From: a virus
Lineage: Duplodnaviria; Caudoviricetes
DNA: 64,000 nt
IMG/VR virus record: IMGVR_UViG_3300035498_000575
Location: 38,417 to 102,416 of that record
Strand: one strand, 5' to 3'
Made by a program: the position numbers and the translations under genes. Under the pieces are notes generated by a model. It did no database searches. It was not told the DNA's origin and saw nothing but the letters and a program-made list of their open reading frames with translations. Each line of letters begins with the position of its first letter. Positions within the stretch are counted from its first letter, which is position 1. This document shows, in pieces, positions 47,691-57,042 of the stretch.

Positions 47691-49175
47691 ATGATAATGA
47701 AAAAAATTGATACATATTTAAACGACTGTCGAATAAGTGATAGCGTTTTTGGAGAAGTGAATTATTGGAAGGCTTGTTATGAAGCTTACAGTGACTATAG
47801 TATTAGCCCAAATGAATATGAATATCTCTTAGAGAACACAGATGCACAGACACAATCTGTTGCTAAAAAATTGTTAGGAATAGTGTCTCCAGCCGCAATA
47901 GCTGAGCGTATTAAGTCTTATAAAAAGAAAGTTAAACCTAAGAAAGTGAATGATGAATTCAAGATAAAAGAATATATGAAAGATGGTGAAAAGTATAAAA
48001 CTATGACCGTAGAAGGTCAGACTGTCCAAATTTATGAATTACCCGCAGAATCTGGAATAACAGGTGCAGCAGCATGTGTAGCTGATTTTAGTGATGGGTC
48101 AAAAAGATCATGTGTCATTGTCAGTGAGGATTTTTTTAATCTACCTCAGAATGATCAAAAATTTATATTGTATCATGAATTTGCTCATCTTAGATTGCAC
48201 ACACCTGATTCTGATATTCTCATGACAGATACTGATATAAAAACTATGAAATCTATTATTCGTGATAATATTAACCAGAACACTGATATTTTTGCACGTC
48301 AATACGATAAAAAGACTGATAGTTACGTGGATAAAGAATTGGATAATCTATATAAACAATACACCAAGATATACGAGAATAAACTAAAAAAGAGCAAAGT
48401 TCCTATAAGCAAGTTAAGAACTGAAATATATAATGACTGTAAGCAACGTATAAACAATGACAAAAGAGCAAAGAAAATAAAAGCTAAATTTGAAGCTTTG
48501 TTAGAGGACACAAAGCATATTGAAAACGAATTGAAGGTGCTGGAAAGGGATTATAATAATGCAACCTCAGATAAACAACGTGATCAAATTGCTGCGAAAT
48601 ATAATAAGCTTTCTATTAAATATACATTACTATACAATAAACTCATGATGCACCCAGGTATAGTGTTAGACTCACATTTAACTGCTATGGAAGTCGATGC
48701 TGATAGATACGCGGCCTCTAAAACGGGGAACGAGATTGCTTCAAAAACACTTAAAAGTATTAATAAAAATCTTATAAAAGATCAAACAAAAAAGGTATAC
48801 AACGATACACTAAAAGAGTACAAAAAGATGTTTAAAGATCAGGGTTTATCAGGTAAAATTGAATATTTAGCCATTAAATCTAAGTTGAAACGAAATATAC
48901 GCAAAGTAGATAAAATCAATGGAATTGAACCCGGAATAAGAGCAGATATAGTTAATCAGAGAGCAAAAGAAGAAGTTATGATGAAGAAACGAAAAGAAGA
49001 AGAGGCTAAAAAACAAAATCGAGATAGATCAAAGCTAGAAAAGATCAAGGTTTCAGAATCAGCATGTAGTAATATCATTGACTATTGCGTCTCACTATAC
49101 GAGGCGGATTATATATCAGAAAACTGCTTCGACAATTGTCTCGATTATTTATACGAGAACGTTTACTATGATTAA
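47691..49175 (+). CDS. Zincin (M48-like) metallopeptidase domain protein, probably virion-associated
   Basis: FILYHEFAH and a distal EVDADRYA; acidic termini with xxE sites. Confidence 0.7.
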   Translation: MIMKKIDTYLNDCRISDSVFGEVNYWKACYEAYSDYSISPNEYEYLLENTDAQTQSVAKKLLGIVSPAAIAERIKSYKKKVKPKKVNDEFKIKEYMKDGEKYKTMTVEGQTVQIYELPAESGITGAAACVADFSDGSKRSCVIVSEDFFNLPQNDQKFILYHEFAHLRLHTPDSDILMTDTDIKTMKSIIRDNINQNTDIFARQYDKKTDSYVDKELDNLYKQYTKIYENKLKKSKVPISKLRTEIYNDCKQRINNDKRAKKIKAKFEALLEDTKHIENELKVLERDYNNATSDKQRDQIAAKYNKLSIKYTLLYNKLMMHPGIVLDSHLTAMEVDADRYAASKTGNEIASKTLKSINKNLIKDQTKKVYNDTLKEYKKMFKDQGLSGKIEYLAIKSKLKRNIRKVDKINGIEPGIRADIVNQRAKEEVMMKKRKEEEAKKQNRDRSKLEKIKVSESACSNIIDYCVSLYEADYISENCFDNCLDYLYENVYYD

Positions 49176-49197
49176 CAACAAAAATCACTATCCAAGG

Positions 49198-49209
49198 AAC
49201 AATTTCCTA
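49198..49209 (+). promoter_or_regulatory. Late promoter AACA-N6-TA
   Basis: AACA-ATTTCC-TA. Confidence 0.6.
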
Positions 49210-49226
49210 AGGAGAGTGATAGTTTA

Positions 49227-50399
49227 ATGACTTATACAGGATTATTAATAGCTGATCAGCATTTTGGAGCAGGTGATACTGATCATTTAGTATTAGAACA
49301 CATTTCATCATTATTAGAGTATATGGACAGTCTCAAAAAAATAGATTACATGATAATACTAGGTGATTATTTTGATCATAAGATGTACTTGAATGATTCT
49401 GATGCTTGGGCGGCTTTTAAAATTATGGAGGAAATAATTTCACGAATTAAAAAGAATGAAGCTAAATTACGAATAGTATATGGAACAGCTTCACATGAGA
49501 ATAACCAGTATAACATATTTAACACGTTATTCAGGGACACAACATTAGATGTACGTGTAATCAAAACGGTAGAGGAAGAACAACTATTTGAGGGTCTGAA
49601 AGTTTTATATCTTCCTGAAGAATATATATACAATAAGAACGAATATTATAATGATTATTTTACTAAATTAGGAGAATATGATTATGTATTTGGACACGGT
49701 ATTATACAAGAAGTTATGACAGACGCTTGTCGACACACTTCCAAAGAAACCAAACGTGCAAAAGTTCCAGTATTCTCTTCAGCTGAATTGAAGCGACTTG
49801 TAAAGGGCGAAGTATACTTTGGTCATTATCATATTAACTCAACAGTAGATGATATAATACATTATGTTGGTTCGTTCTCTAGATGGAAGTTTGGGGAAAC
49901 GGACGATAAGGGTTTTTATATAGTTTCAAAAGATGACGATGGTTTCCATAATAAATTTATAATTAATAGTTATGCTGAGAAGTATGATGATATATATTTT
50001 TACGAGAATGATCCCATATATTCCAATGAGGATGAGCTTGTAAAAAGGTTAAGCAATATATCTGACCAAATAGGCACAGGTATATATGATAACGTCAAAT
50101 TAAGGTTTCAAATACCTGAAAATTATGATGGTACACAATTTCTTATTACGTTTTTAAAAAGTAAGTATGAATATAATAGTAAAGTTAAGATAGAAGTCAC
50201 TCAATTGAAAGAGACTAAAAAAAGAAAACAAGAAAAAGAAACGCTTGAAGAAAATAGTAAATACAATATCATTTTTGACAAATCAATTCCAATAGAAGAA
50301 AAAATAAAATCATATATAGAAATGGAATTTGATAAAAAAATCGAGACAGCAGATATCTGTGAATGCCTCGATATAACAAATGTATCTAGAGAGTGCTAG
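49227..50399 (+). CDS. SbcD/Mre11-like metallophosphoesterase nuclease
   Basis: IADQHFG, LGDYFD, GTASHE, FGHG, FGHYH, YVGSF. Confidence 0.88.
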   Translation: MTYTGLLIADQHFGAGDTDHLVLEHISSLLEYMDSLKKIDYMIILGDYFDHKMYLNDSDAWAAFKIMEEIISRIKKNEAKLRIVYGTASHENNQYNIFNTLFRDTTLDVRVIKTVEEEQLFEGLKVLYLPEEYIYNKNEYYNDYFTKLGEYDYVFGHGIIQEVMTDACRHTSKETKRAKVPVFSSAELKRLVKGEVYFGHYHINSTVDDIIHYVGSFSRWKFGETDDKGFYIVSKDDDGFHNKFIINSYAEKYDDIYFYENDPIYSNEDELVKRLSNISDQIGTGIYDNVKLRFQIPENYDGTQFLITFLKSKYEYNSKVKIEVTQLKETKKRKQEKETLEENSKYNIIFDKSIPIEEKIKSYIEMEFDKKIETADICECLDITNVSREC

Positions 50400-50409
50400 C
50401 ACTCTCTAG
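50386..50409. repeat. Perfect 24-bp palindrome containing the stop codons of both convergent genes
   Basis: CTAGAGAGTGCT|AGCACTCTCTAG; both proteins end in REC*. Confidence 0.85.
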
Positions 50410-50737
50410 GTTTTTTAATTTTTCCCACTAGTTTATTCACATTTGTCATGGATAAAGTTTGGGAATCTATCTTAAACTTATATTTCCTTTTACTGTGGAT
50501 AAGTTCAAGTCTTTTTACTTTATGTCTTTTCTTACTATTGTATTGTGCTTCCATTATTGCAGCATATAGTGCTTTGTTTAAGTCATCATTATTTTTGAAA
50601 TTCTTTTTCAGCTGTATAGTTAAACAGCCATCGTCTTCATACGCACATGGATATATGCCAATGGCATTTGTCATCTTATCAAGTATTGCATCAATTTTTT
50701 TACTTTCCTTTGTGTCTATTATCTGCTTCTTTCCCAT
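50396..50737 (-). CDS. Basic hypothetical protein
   Basis: 113 aa; AAGGAG RBS. Confidence 0.65.
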   Translation of the reverse strand: MGKKQIIDTKESKKIDAILDKMTNAIGIYPCAYEDDGCLTIQLKKNFKNNDDLNKALYAAIMEAQYNSKKRHKVKRLELIHSKRKYKFKIDSQTLSMTNVNKLVGKIKKPREC

Positions 50738-50757
50738 AATAATCTAACTCCTTTATT

Positions 50758-51417
50758 TTAGTTTATATTTGGCATCTCCAATTCAATATTGGCATCATAT
50801 ACTATAGCATACTCACCACAATCAGCTTCTGACATGTATAACACGTTATCGATAATACTTATTCTGAATGAGCTTCCACTGTATATAAATGTGTCATCAT
50901 TTGTATATCCAGTTCGTGGGTCTACATCAGGTTTTAAGCAATCATTGATTGTTGAGGTCATTAATTCAATTGGAGACACGCTATCAAATATGTTACAGAG
51001 TTCTGTATTTTCTGATGCTTCCTTATATGTTAAAGCTTGTGTTTCGCCGTTATAATCCAGAACAACCGTTTTGCCATCAGTATATAATGTAGCATTATCG
51101 TCCTCTGTTTTGTAGTAGCAAACTTGTACATTGTTATCTGCATCATTATATAATGTCACTGATTGGGTGCCATCGAATAGCTCTATAGATGATACATAAT
51201 CTGTATTATTAGCTTGTGTCGCAAAATCATTAAGAATGTAGAAAGCATCATCCTGTGATAACTCTCTATCCATATGTCCTGTTAGCACGGGCGACAAATT
51301 GTCATGTGGTATTGTAAACTCTCCACATACTATAGTTTCTTTGTCGTTCTTGCTGTTACAGCCGCTCATTGTACATACCATAGATGATACTACTAGTAAT
51401 AAGAATAATTTTTTCAT
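50758..51417 (-). CDS. Putative lipoprotein
   Basis: Signal peptide MKKLFLLLVVSSMVCTMSG-C with a lipobox; AGGAGG RBS. Confidence 0.75.
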   Translation of the reverse strand: MKKLFLLLVVSSMVCTMSGCNSKNDKETIVCGEFTIPHDNLSPVLTGHMDRELSQDDAFYILNDFATQANNTDYVSSIELFDGTQSVTLYNDADNNVQVCYYKTEDDNATLYTDGKTVVLDYNGETQALTYKEASENTELCNIFDSVSPIELMTSTINDCLKPDVDPRTGYTNDDTFIYSGSSFRISIIDNVLYMSEADCGEYAIVYDANIELEMPNIN

Positions 51418-51449
51418 AAAAAATACCTCCTAAAATATGAATAAAAAGA

Positions 51450-51477
51450 ATTCCCAAGCACGATCGTGCTTGGGAAT
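51450..51477 (-). terminator. Perfect 28-bp palindrome, terminator
   Basis: ATTCCCAAGCACGA|TCGTGCTTGGGAAT. Confidence 0.75.
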
Positions 51478-51493
51478 ATAACGAATTAATTGA

Positions 51494-51757
51494 TTAAAGT
51501 ATTCCACGACCTCTTCCACGACTTTGCTGTACGTAGGAAGGAGCCTTAGCCATAGATTTAGATGTTAGTGCTTTTACGAGCACTGCTACCTGAATATCTT
51601 CTGGTAATGCTTTAATCATGTTGTAAAGGTCTGTCTCAGTAACGTTTGCGCCTGACGCTAGGTACTCAGAAATAGCCTTTGCGATATTTGCGATACTCTG
51701 TTGCTGTTGTACTTGGTATTGCTTTACCATGCTTGCGATTTCGTTGTAACTTGCCAT
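51494..51757 (-). CDS. Small early protein with an RGRGRG tail
   Basis: GGAGGT RBS; own promoter and terminator. Confidence 0.7.
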   Translation of the reverse strand: MASYNEIASMVKQYQVQQQQSIANIAKAISEYLASGANVTETDLYNMIKALPEDIQVAVLVKALTSKSMAKAPSYVQQSRGRGRGIL

Positions 51758-51804
51758 AATTATTTACCTCCATTTTTGGTCGTAAGTTTATTTTCTTCCA
51801 CAAT

Positions 51805-51818
51805 TATAATATATAATT
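51805..51818 (-). promoter_or_regulatory. Early-type promoter motif
   Basis: Exact AATTATATATTATA, 48 nt from the ATG. Confidence 0.7.
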
Positions 51819-51837
51819 GTTTTTAAGCTTTGTAATA

Positions 51838-52215
51838 TCACGAATAGTCATCAATTATTTCTTTGCACAAATTGTTTAGTAGTTCAAGTGCAAAGTCTTC
51901 AGTCACCGTGTCAGGTTTAAAAGGTATAACTTGATGGGGATGGCCTGCATTCGAAATATCGATTGTGTTGTTTCGGTTATTAACAAATATAAACGCTCGA
52001 TGTGCATTTTTCTTTTTACCCACTTTAACCTCATATCCATTTATCGCTGATAATATGGTAAAATGGGCTCCTCCTATATGAGTTATTTTTATGGGCTGTC
52101 GATCAGTATTGTAACCTAATGTATAACTCATTCCTATTATTATGTCGTTATATCTATCAAACCACAACTCCTTATTAGGAGTTGTGTGTATTAATAAAGG
52201 TTGTACAATAGACAT
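51838..52215 (-). CDS. Hypothetical protein
   Basis: AGGAGG RBS; operonic. Confidence 0.7.
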   Translation of the reverse strand: MSIVQPLLIHTTPNKELWFDRYNDIIIGMSYTLGYNTDRQPIKITHIGGAHFTILSAINGYEVKVGKKKNAHRAFIFVNNRNNTIDISNAGHPHQVIPFKPDTVTEDFALELLNNLCKEIIDDYS

Positions 52216-52216
52216 A

Positions 52217-52870
52217 TTATTTTCCTCCTTTTTCGCTTATCTTACTAACTGTATTATTGCTTGAAGTATATATCAGTTTATCTCCACCTAATAATGGTCT
52301 TTCATTTGGGTCATCCTCCAATATTATTGAGAAGTTCAACCCTAAGTATTTACACCATTTAAGGAAGGTTTTATGTGATACATCACCACGTTTTAGTGAT
52401 GACTTTAAGTTATTCATATTAGTAGTTTCGCCAATCTCACTACCTAACGCATTTAAGTCTACATGAGTTTCTACTAATAGATGTTTAATGAGTAGTGTTA
52501 ACATAGTATCAGTATCGTTAAACTTTATGTCATCGCCATTCTCATAATCTATAGGAATCGGCTGTTTTTCATATTCCTTTACAGCCAAATCTATATTTGC
52601 TATTATGTCATTTACATCCAGATTAACGCACGCACGACGTTTGAATATACTGTTATGCTTCACAGTTCTTCTAGAGTAGACTATCTTGTCATCTTCAATA
52701 GTAAAATATGGGCAATCTACTGACATTGCACCATCTGGACTGAAAATCCAAATGTCATTATTAGCATCAATATATCCCTTGTTTGATATATAGTCTCTGT
52801 TATCATCAGTTACATAACCGATTACATCATATGCTGCGCTTCCGTCTGGTAATGTTAATTTCAAATTCAT
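52217..52870 (-). CDS. Hypothetical protein with a possible C-terminal HTH
   Basis: LNALGSEIG...NLKSSLKRGDVSHKTFLKWCKYLGL resembles an XRE-type HTH. Confidence 0.55.
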   Translation of the reverse strand: MNLKLTLPDGSAAYDVIGYVTDDNRDYISNKGYIDANNDIWIFSPDGAMSVDCPYFTIEDDKIVYSRRTVKHNSIFKRRACVNLDVNDIIANIDLAVKEYEKQPIPIDYENGDDIKFNDTDTMLTLLIKHLLVETHVDLNALGSEIGETTNMNNLKSSLKRGDVSHKTFLKWCKYLGLNFSIILEDDPNERPLLGGDKLIYTSSNNTVSKISEKGGK

Positions 52871-52889
52871 AATATATTCTCCTTTTCGT

Positions 52890-53639
52890 CTACCTAAAGT
52901 TTGGTATCATTGGTGCCGCTGCTTTAGGTGTAATATATGGTTTATCCTGAGGGTATTCCTCAGGTCGTTGTACTGTGTATCTCTGCGTACTCGGCGGGCT
53001 ATTAAGCATTGTTACTTTACCAGATAACTCAGCCAAATATACAGTCTGCATGATACTATTTAAAATCTTGTTTAGATTTATTGATTTTATAATATTTATA
53101 AAATACTCGAATTCATCTATACTCATAATCATAGCAGATGACCTATGGTTGAAACTCATCAATATACCGCAGTAAGGTGTAGAGTTATTATCAATGTCCG
53201 TAGCTGGTGAAATTTCAATATTCTTTCCAGATGCAAACGTGATTGACTCGTAGATAGTATTTGTGCGTACTGTGTACTCATTAACTACGAATTGCTCTAT
53301 ACCATCGATTATATTCTTACGATACACATCAGCTGAGTGGGAACGTAGATTATTATAAAATCTTGCTAGTCTGTCGATAAACAGTTTTTGTTCAAAACTA
53401 TTAAGAAATATAGTTTTAGATAATGAGTACTCAGAACGTTTCCTAGAATCTACGTTCATATCTAGTTCTATATTCTTTCTACAGTTTTCTCCTATAGTAC
53501 AAAAGGAATTCCCCTGAGAGGAAATTCCTTTTGTTATATAACCGTTTATATTTGTAAACTTTACTGATATTTTTAGCTTACCATAAAACTCATAGATATG
53601 GTATATTAATGAACCGTTATTATTGTTAACCGAATTCAT
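52890..53639 (-). CDS. Hypothetical protein
   Basis: 249 aa, coupled to the RNAP gene. Confidence 0.7.
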   Translation of the reverse strand: MNSVNNNNGSLIYHIYEFYGKLKISVKFTNINGYITKGISSQGNSFCTIGENCRKNIELDMNVDSRKRSEYSLSKTIFLNSFEQKLFIDRLARFYNNLRSHSADVYRKNIIDGIEQFVVNEYTVRTNTIYESITFASGKNIEISPATDIDNNSTPYCGILMSFNHRSSAMIMSIDEFEYFINIIKSINLNKILNSIMQTVYLAELSGKVTMLNSPPSTQRYTVQRPEEYPQDKPYITPKAAAPMIPNFR

Positions 53640-53641
53640 AA

Positions 53642-55363
53642 TTATCCCTCTTCTTTAGTACTCTGGTCATCATCAAGTTCACATCCATTGTTTTTGATAA
53701 GAATTTCATCCTTACTCGTAACATAGACGTTACATGTGTCAAATAGGTCATTTATTTTTCCCATTATGTTGTAGTATTCAGTCTTGTCTTTTGCGTTTAT
53801 TTTAATAGTAGCCTCATTATCTTTATCAAGGATATTATTAATTAAACCTACCAAGTCATACATAGTATCATTTGGTTCTTGTTCTTCATTAAAGTAAAGC
53901 GACTTCATATTTGAGAATGGTGATAATACTCCTGAACGGCCTGGGTCAGATGAACTGCATACATCCAAATCTATGAATCCGATAGCAGATGGGTGGAGAC
54001 TTCTTTTCTCTAATGGAATGTCAGAGTTTAGAGTTCCGCCTTGTGCACCTTTACCACCGATTGAATGTGGACCTTTAGCAGTGTATCTAAATTTACACCA
54101 GAATTGTGACATATCATTTATGGACTCATCAAATCTTAAGATACCTGATGAATGGAACTTCTGAATCAATATATATGGGCTGAACCTAAAGAAGTCCAAA
54201 AGGTCACCCTTCGTAACCTTAGAACCCTTCTTCATGATTCTGTTTAGTCTGCTACTAAATTCCATTGTTAATAATGACGCAATATACTCATTTACTCTAA
54301 GTCTTTGATTGTAGAACGAATTTGAGTCTTTGGCACGCAATTGGTTAAAGTTCATCATTATCCAACGCATTAGAGCATAGACGTCACATTTATTGATTTC
54401 GTCAGTTAGTAATATCTTTTTAGTTCCATGGTCAAGGAACCTATTGAAAGAGACCAACGCTTCTTGTCCTTTTGTTATATCAGTTCCTGATGGTGATAGC
54501 TTCTTAATGAATATAGTTTCGTCGTATAACATCGAAGTGTCAAATCTATTCGTAACTGCGTCGGATATCATCGCTGTAATAGCTCTAACATACAAGCAAT
54601 TGTTGAACGCTTCACGATTAACCTCAATGAAACAAGTCTTTGATATGATGAAATATATATTCTTTTCATTATCTACAATATCATCAACTACGTGTATGAC
54701 ATTGTGTACCATTAGATATTCTAAAGCATGTGTAAGTCCACCCGGTTGTGCCGCATAATATAGAAGTAGGTTTATATACTTTTTGAAAACGTGTATCTTG
54801 TATATAGGTAAATTATAAACCAAACCATCTACAGCCTCAGTCACTTCTTTATTTGAACGACTGATTCTTACGGGCATTAAAGACTTCAACACAACAGAGT
54901 CTTTATTATCATACGTACTCTTATCTACTAACTGATATATTAGATAATACTTCTTACCTTTTAAGTAGATATAACCGTCTTTATCTATTATAGGTAACAT
55001 CAAGACTTTCTTTACCTCAGTCTTTTCAGTTACATGTTGTCCAGTAGATGGGTCTACAGTGTTAGCCGTAAGTTCTATCCTTACTTTCAACACTCCTAAT
55101 CTGTCATCTTTGATAGATTTACATGATTTACCTTTTGTCAATTTAGCTGTCGCTTTACGCTTACGTTGGTATTTATCATTGTCAATATCATGTTCTTCTT
55201 CAGAATACTCCCAATCAAGGATTTTAATGTTGTCTACTATTTCTAATGATTTCCACGCATCCATTACATGTTCAACGAGTGGTCTATCAAATGAATGGTT
55301 CATTAAGTCCACATTTAGACGGTCGTCAAACTCGGTCTTAAAACCTTTTATATACTGTAACAT
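53642..55363 (-). CDS. Non-virion RNA polymerase beta subunit, N-terminal half
   Basis: LPIIDKDGYIYLKGKKYYLIYQL, RLRVNE, RSLHPSAIGFIDL..SSSDPGRSGVLSPF. Confidence 0.88.
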   Translation of the reverse strand: MLQYIKGFKTEFDDRLNVDLMNHSFDRPLVEHVMDAWKSLEIVDNIKILDWEYSEEEHDIDNDKYQRKRKATAKLTKGKSCKSIKDDRLGVLKVRIELTANTVDPSTGQHVTEKTEVKKVLMLPIIDKDGYIYLKGKKYYLIYQLVDKSTYDNKDSVVLKSLMPVRISRSNKEVTEAVDGLVYNLPIYKIHVFKKYINLLLYYAAQPGGLTHALEYLMVHNVIHVVDDIVDNEKNIYFIISKTCFIEVNREAFNNCLYVRAITAMISDAVTNRFDTSMLYDETIFIKKLSPSGTDITKGQEALVSFNRFLDHGTKKILLTDEINKCDVYALMRWIMMNFNQLRAKDSNSFYNQRLRVNEYIASLLTMEFSSRLNRIMKKGSKVTKGDLLDFFRFSPYILIQKFHSSGILRFDESINDMSQFWCKFRYTAKGPHSIGGKGAQGGTLNSDIPLEKRSLHPSAIGFIDLDVCSSSDPGRSGVLSPFSNMKSLYFNEEQEPNDTMYDLVGLINNILDKDNEATIKINAKDKTEYYNIMGKINDLFDTCNVYVTSKDEILIKNNGCELDDDQSTKEEG

Positions 55364-55438
55364 AATAAATTCAACCTCCTAGGTTCATATAAAAAATAAT
55401 AGGCAGGGTTTATTACTTCCTGCCTATATAAACGTGAA

Positions 55439-56305
55439 TTAATCTTCGTCTTCATCTTCGTCATCGATATCATCTATATCGTCATAATCCTTCTCAGGTT
55501 CAACGGTATACTGATTACGCATAGCTTTGTTAAATTCAGCATACGCACGTTCGTCTGACTTGACAGTCAACTTCATTCCACGTTCAGGTTCATGGGAAAT
55601 AGTGAAGCCGTTATCGCCTGTTGTAGTAACGGTTGTGGTAAAGACACCTTGGAAGTTCAATTTGTAATAACCGCCATCATCTTCAAGTGCACGTTCCTTA
55701 CAATACTGGATTAAAGCATCATAAGTAACTACCCATAAAGCTATTGCTAGATGAGCATATGGAAGATGTAGATGATAGAACCTCTCAAGTTTTCTCAATA
55801 ACCTAGCTTCAACGAGACACATCAATTCTGGATTTGGTATAGCTTCAGTTAGTGTCGCTACTTTGTCAGCAGAGTTTGCATTAGGGTTTGCTTCTAAAAG
55901 CTGTTTTTCATCATCCTTATTGCAAACCTGAGCTTCATCCGTATCCAAGTCTGGGGTTAATAATGAAACCATTATTGGTGTTATATTACCAATAGTCTCA
56001 GCATCATACTCTTTAACAGATAGAGAGTTGTTTCTTGCAAACATTGCAACTCTTCCTGCTAGAGTTATCATTGGAATATCATGTGATTCGGAAACAAGAA
56101 TCATCGCTTCATTCATAAGCTCTACGAACACAACAGCTAATGTGTCAGGGTCAATAACTACTTGGTAGTCTCTTTCAAGATTTCCCTTAGCTATATCTAG
56201 TACAGTATTTACCGCTGCACGTTCTTCCACATTGTCATATGCATTGTATCTGTAGTTATTCATATTCTTGCATATTTCCAATCCATTACAAACAATTCCA
56301 CTCAT
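55439..56305 (-). CDS. Hypothetical early protein with an acidic tail
   Basis: AGGAGG RBS; early motif upstream. Confidence 0.7.
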   Translation of the reverse strand: MSGIVCNGLEICKNMNNYRYNAYDNVEERAAVNTVLDIAKGNLERDYQVVIDPDTLAVVFVELMNEAMILVSESHDIPMITLAGRVAMFARNNSLSVKEYDAETIGNITPIMVSLLTPDLDTDEAQVCNKDDEKQLLEANPNANSADKVATLTEAIPNPELMCLVEARLLRKLERFYHLHLPYAHLAIALWVVTYDALIQYCKERALEDDGGYYKLNFQGVFTTTVTTTGDNGFTISHEPERGMKLTVKSDERAYAEFNKAMRNQYTVEPEKDYDDIDDIDDEDEDED

Positions 56306-56354
56306 ATTATAATTTCCTCCTAAAATGTTATAATTGTTTATTTACTTACGCATC

Positions 56355-56368
56355 TATAATATATAATT
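56355..56368 (-). promoter_or_regulatory. Early-type promoter motif
   Basis: Exact AATTATATATTATA, 50 nt from the ATG. Confidence 0.7.
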
Positions 56369-56383
56369 ATAAATACATTTAGA

Positions 56384-56421
56384 ATATGTGACTATGAACA
56401 GTTAAGCTCATAGTCACATAT
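56384..56421 (-). terminator. Hairpin terminator
   Basis: ATATGTGACTATGA...TCATAGTCACATAT. Confidence 0.65.
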
Positions 56422-56427
56422 ATATGA

Positions 56428-56898
56428 TTAATTATTCTCACTTTGCTTTTCTTCTTGAGTCTCGACCTTATCAGAAACACTGTCATCTCTTCTTGATATC
56501 TTCTTAGTAGACTGTGAGCGCTTCTTATCGATAAATAAATTCTTTATGCCACGCTTAACAATTGATTCTATATATGGTTCAGACTTTGCCTGTGTATTAT
56601 CACTGCAATTAAAGAATAGTAGTTGGAAGTTATATGCGGATGAATCTACAATATGAATTGCATTGTTACCACCGCAATTTGTTAGGTATATTGAATATAC
56701 CTGCTTCTTTCTAGGCATGTCTTCTCTTGTTAGCTTGATATTCCAAGTTAGTGCTCCAGTAGACTTCTTCTTATCGTCGAAGTACACCTTAGAGTTAACT
56801 GTGCCCTGAGCATCTTCAGATGCATTGTATGTATCAACCACCTTATTAACAATTTCCTTAATTGTTTCGTTGTAATTGTACTTTTCAGTTTTCATCAT
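56428..56898 (-). CDS. Hypothetical protein
   Basis: ATG follows GGAGGT. Confidence 0.7.
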   Translation of the reverse strand: MMKTEKYNYNETIKEIVNKVVDTYNASEDAQGTVNSKVYFDDKKKSTGALTWNIKLTREDMPRKKQVYSIYLTNCGGNNAIHIVDSSAYNFQLLFFNCSDNTQAKSEPYIESIVKRGIKNLFIDKKRSQSTKKISRRDDSVSDKVETQEEKQSENN

Positions 56899-57015
56899 AT
56901 AGATTACCTCCAATATAAATTTAAAAATACTAAAGGATATTATTTTTAGAGAGATTTAACACCAAGTGCTTAAGTAATAATATCCTTTAAGGCGTATATA
57001 AATGATTAATCATTC

Positions 57016-57027
57016 TAAATAATTGTT
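57016..57027 (-). promoter_or_regulatory. Late promoter AACA-N6-TA
   Basis: AACA-ATTATT-TA on the minus strand. Confidence 0.55.
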
Positions 57028-57042
57028 TATCTAAAATAATTT

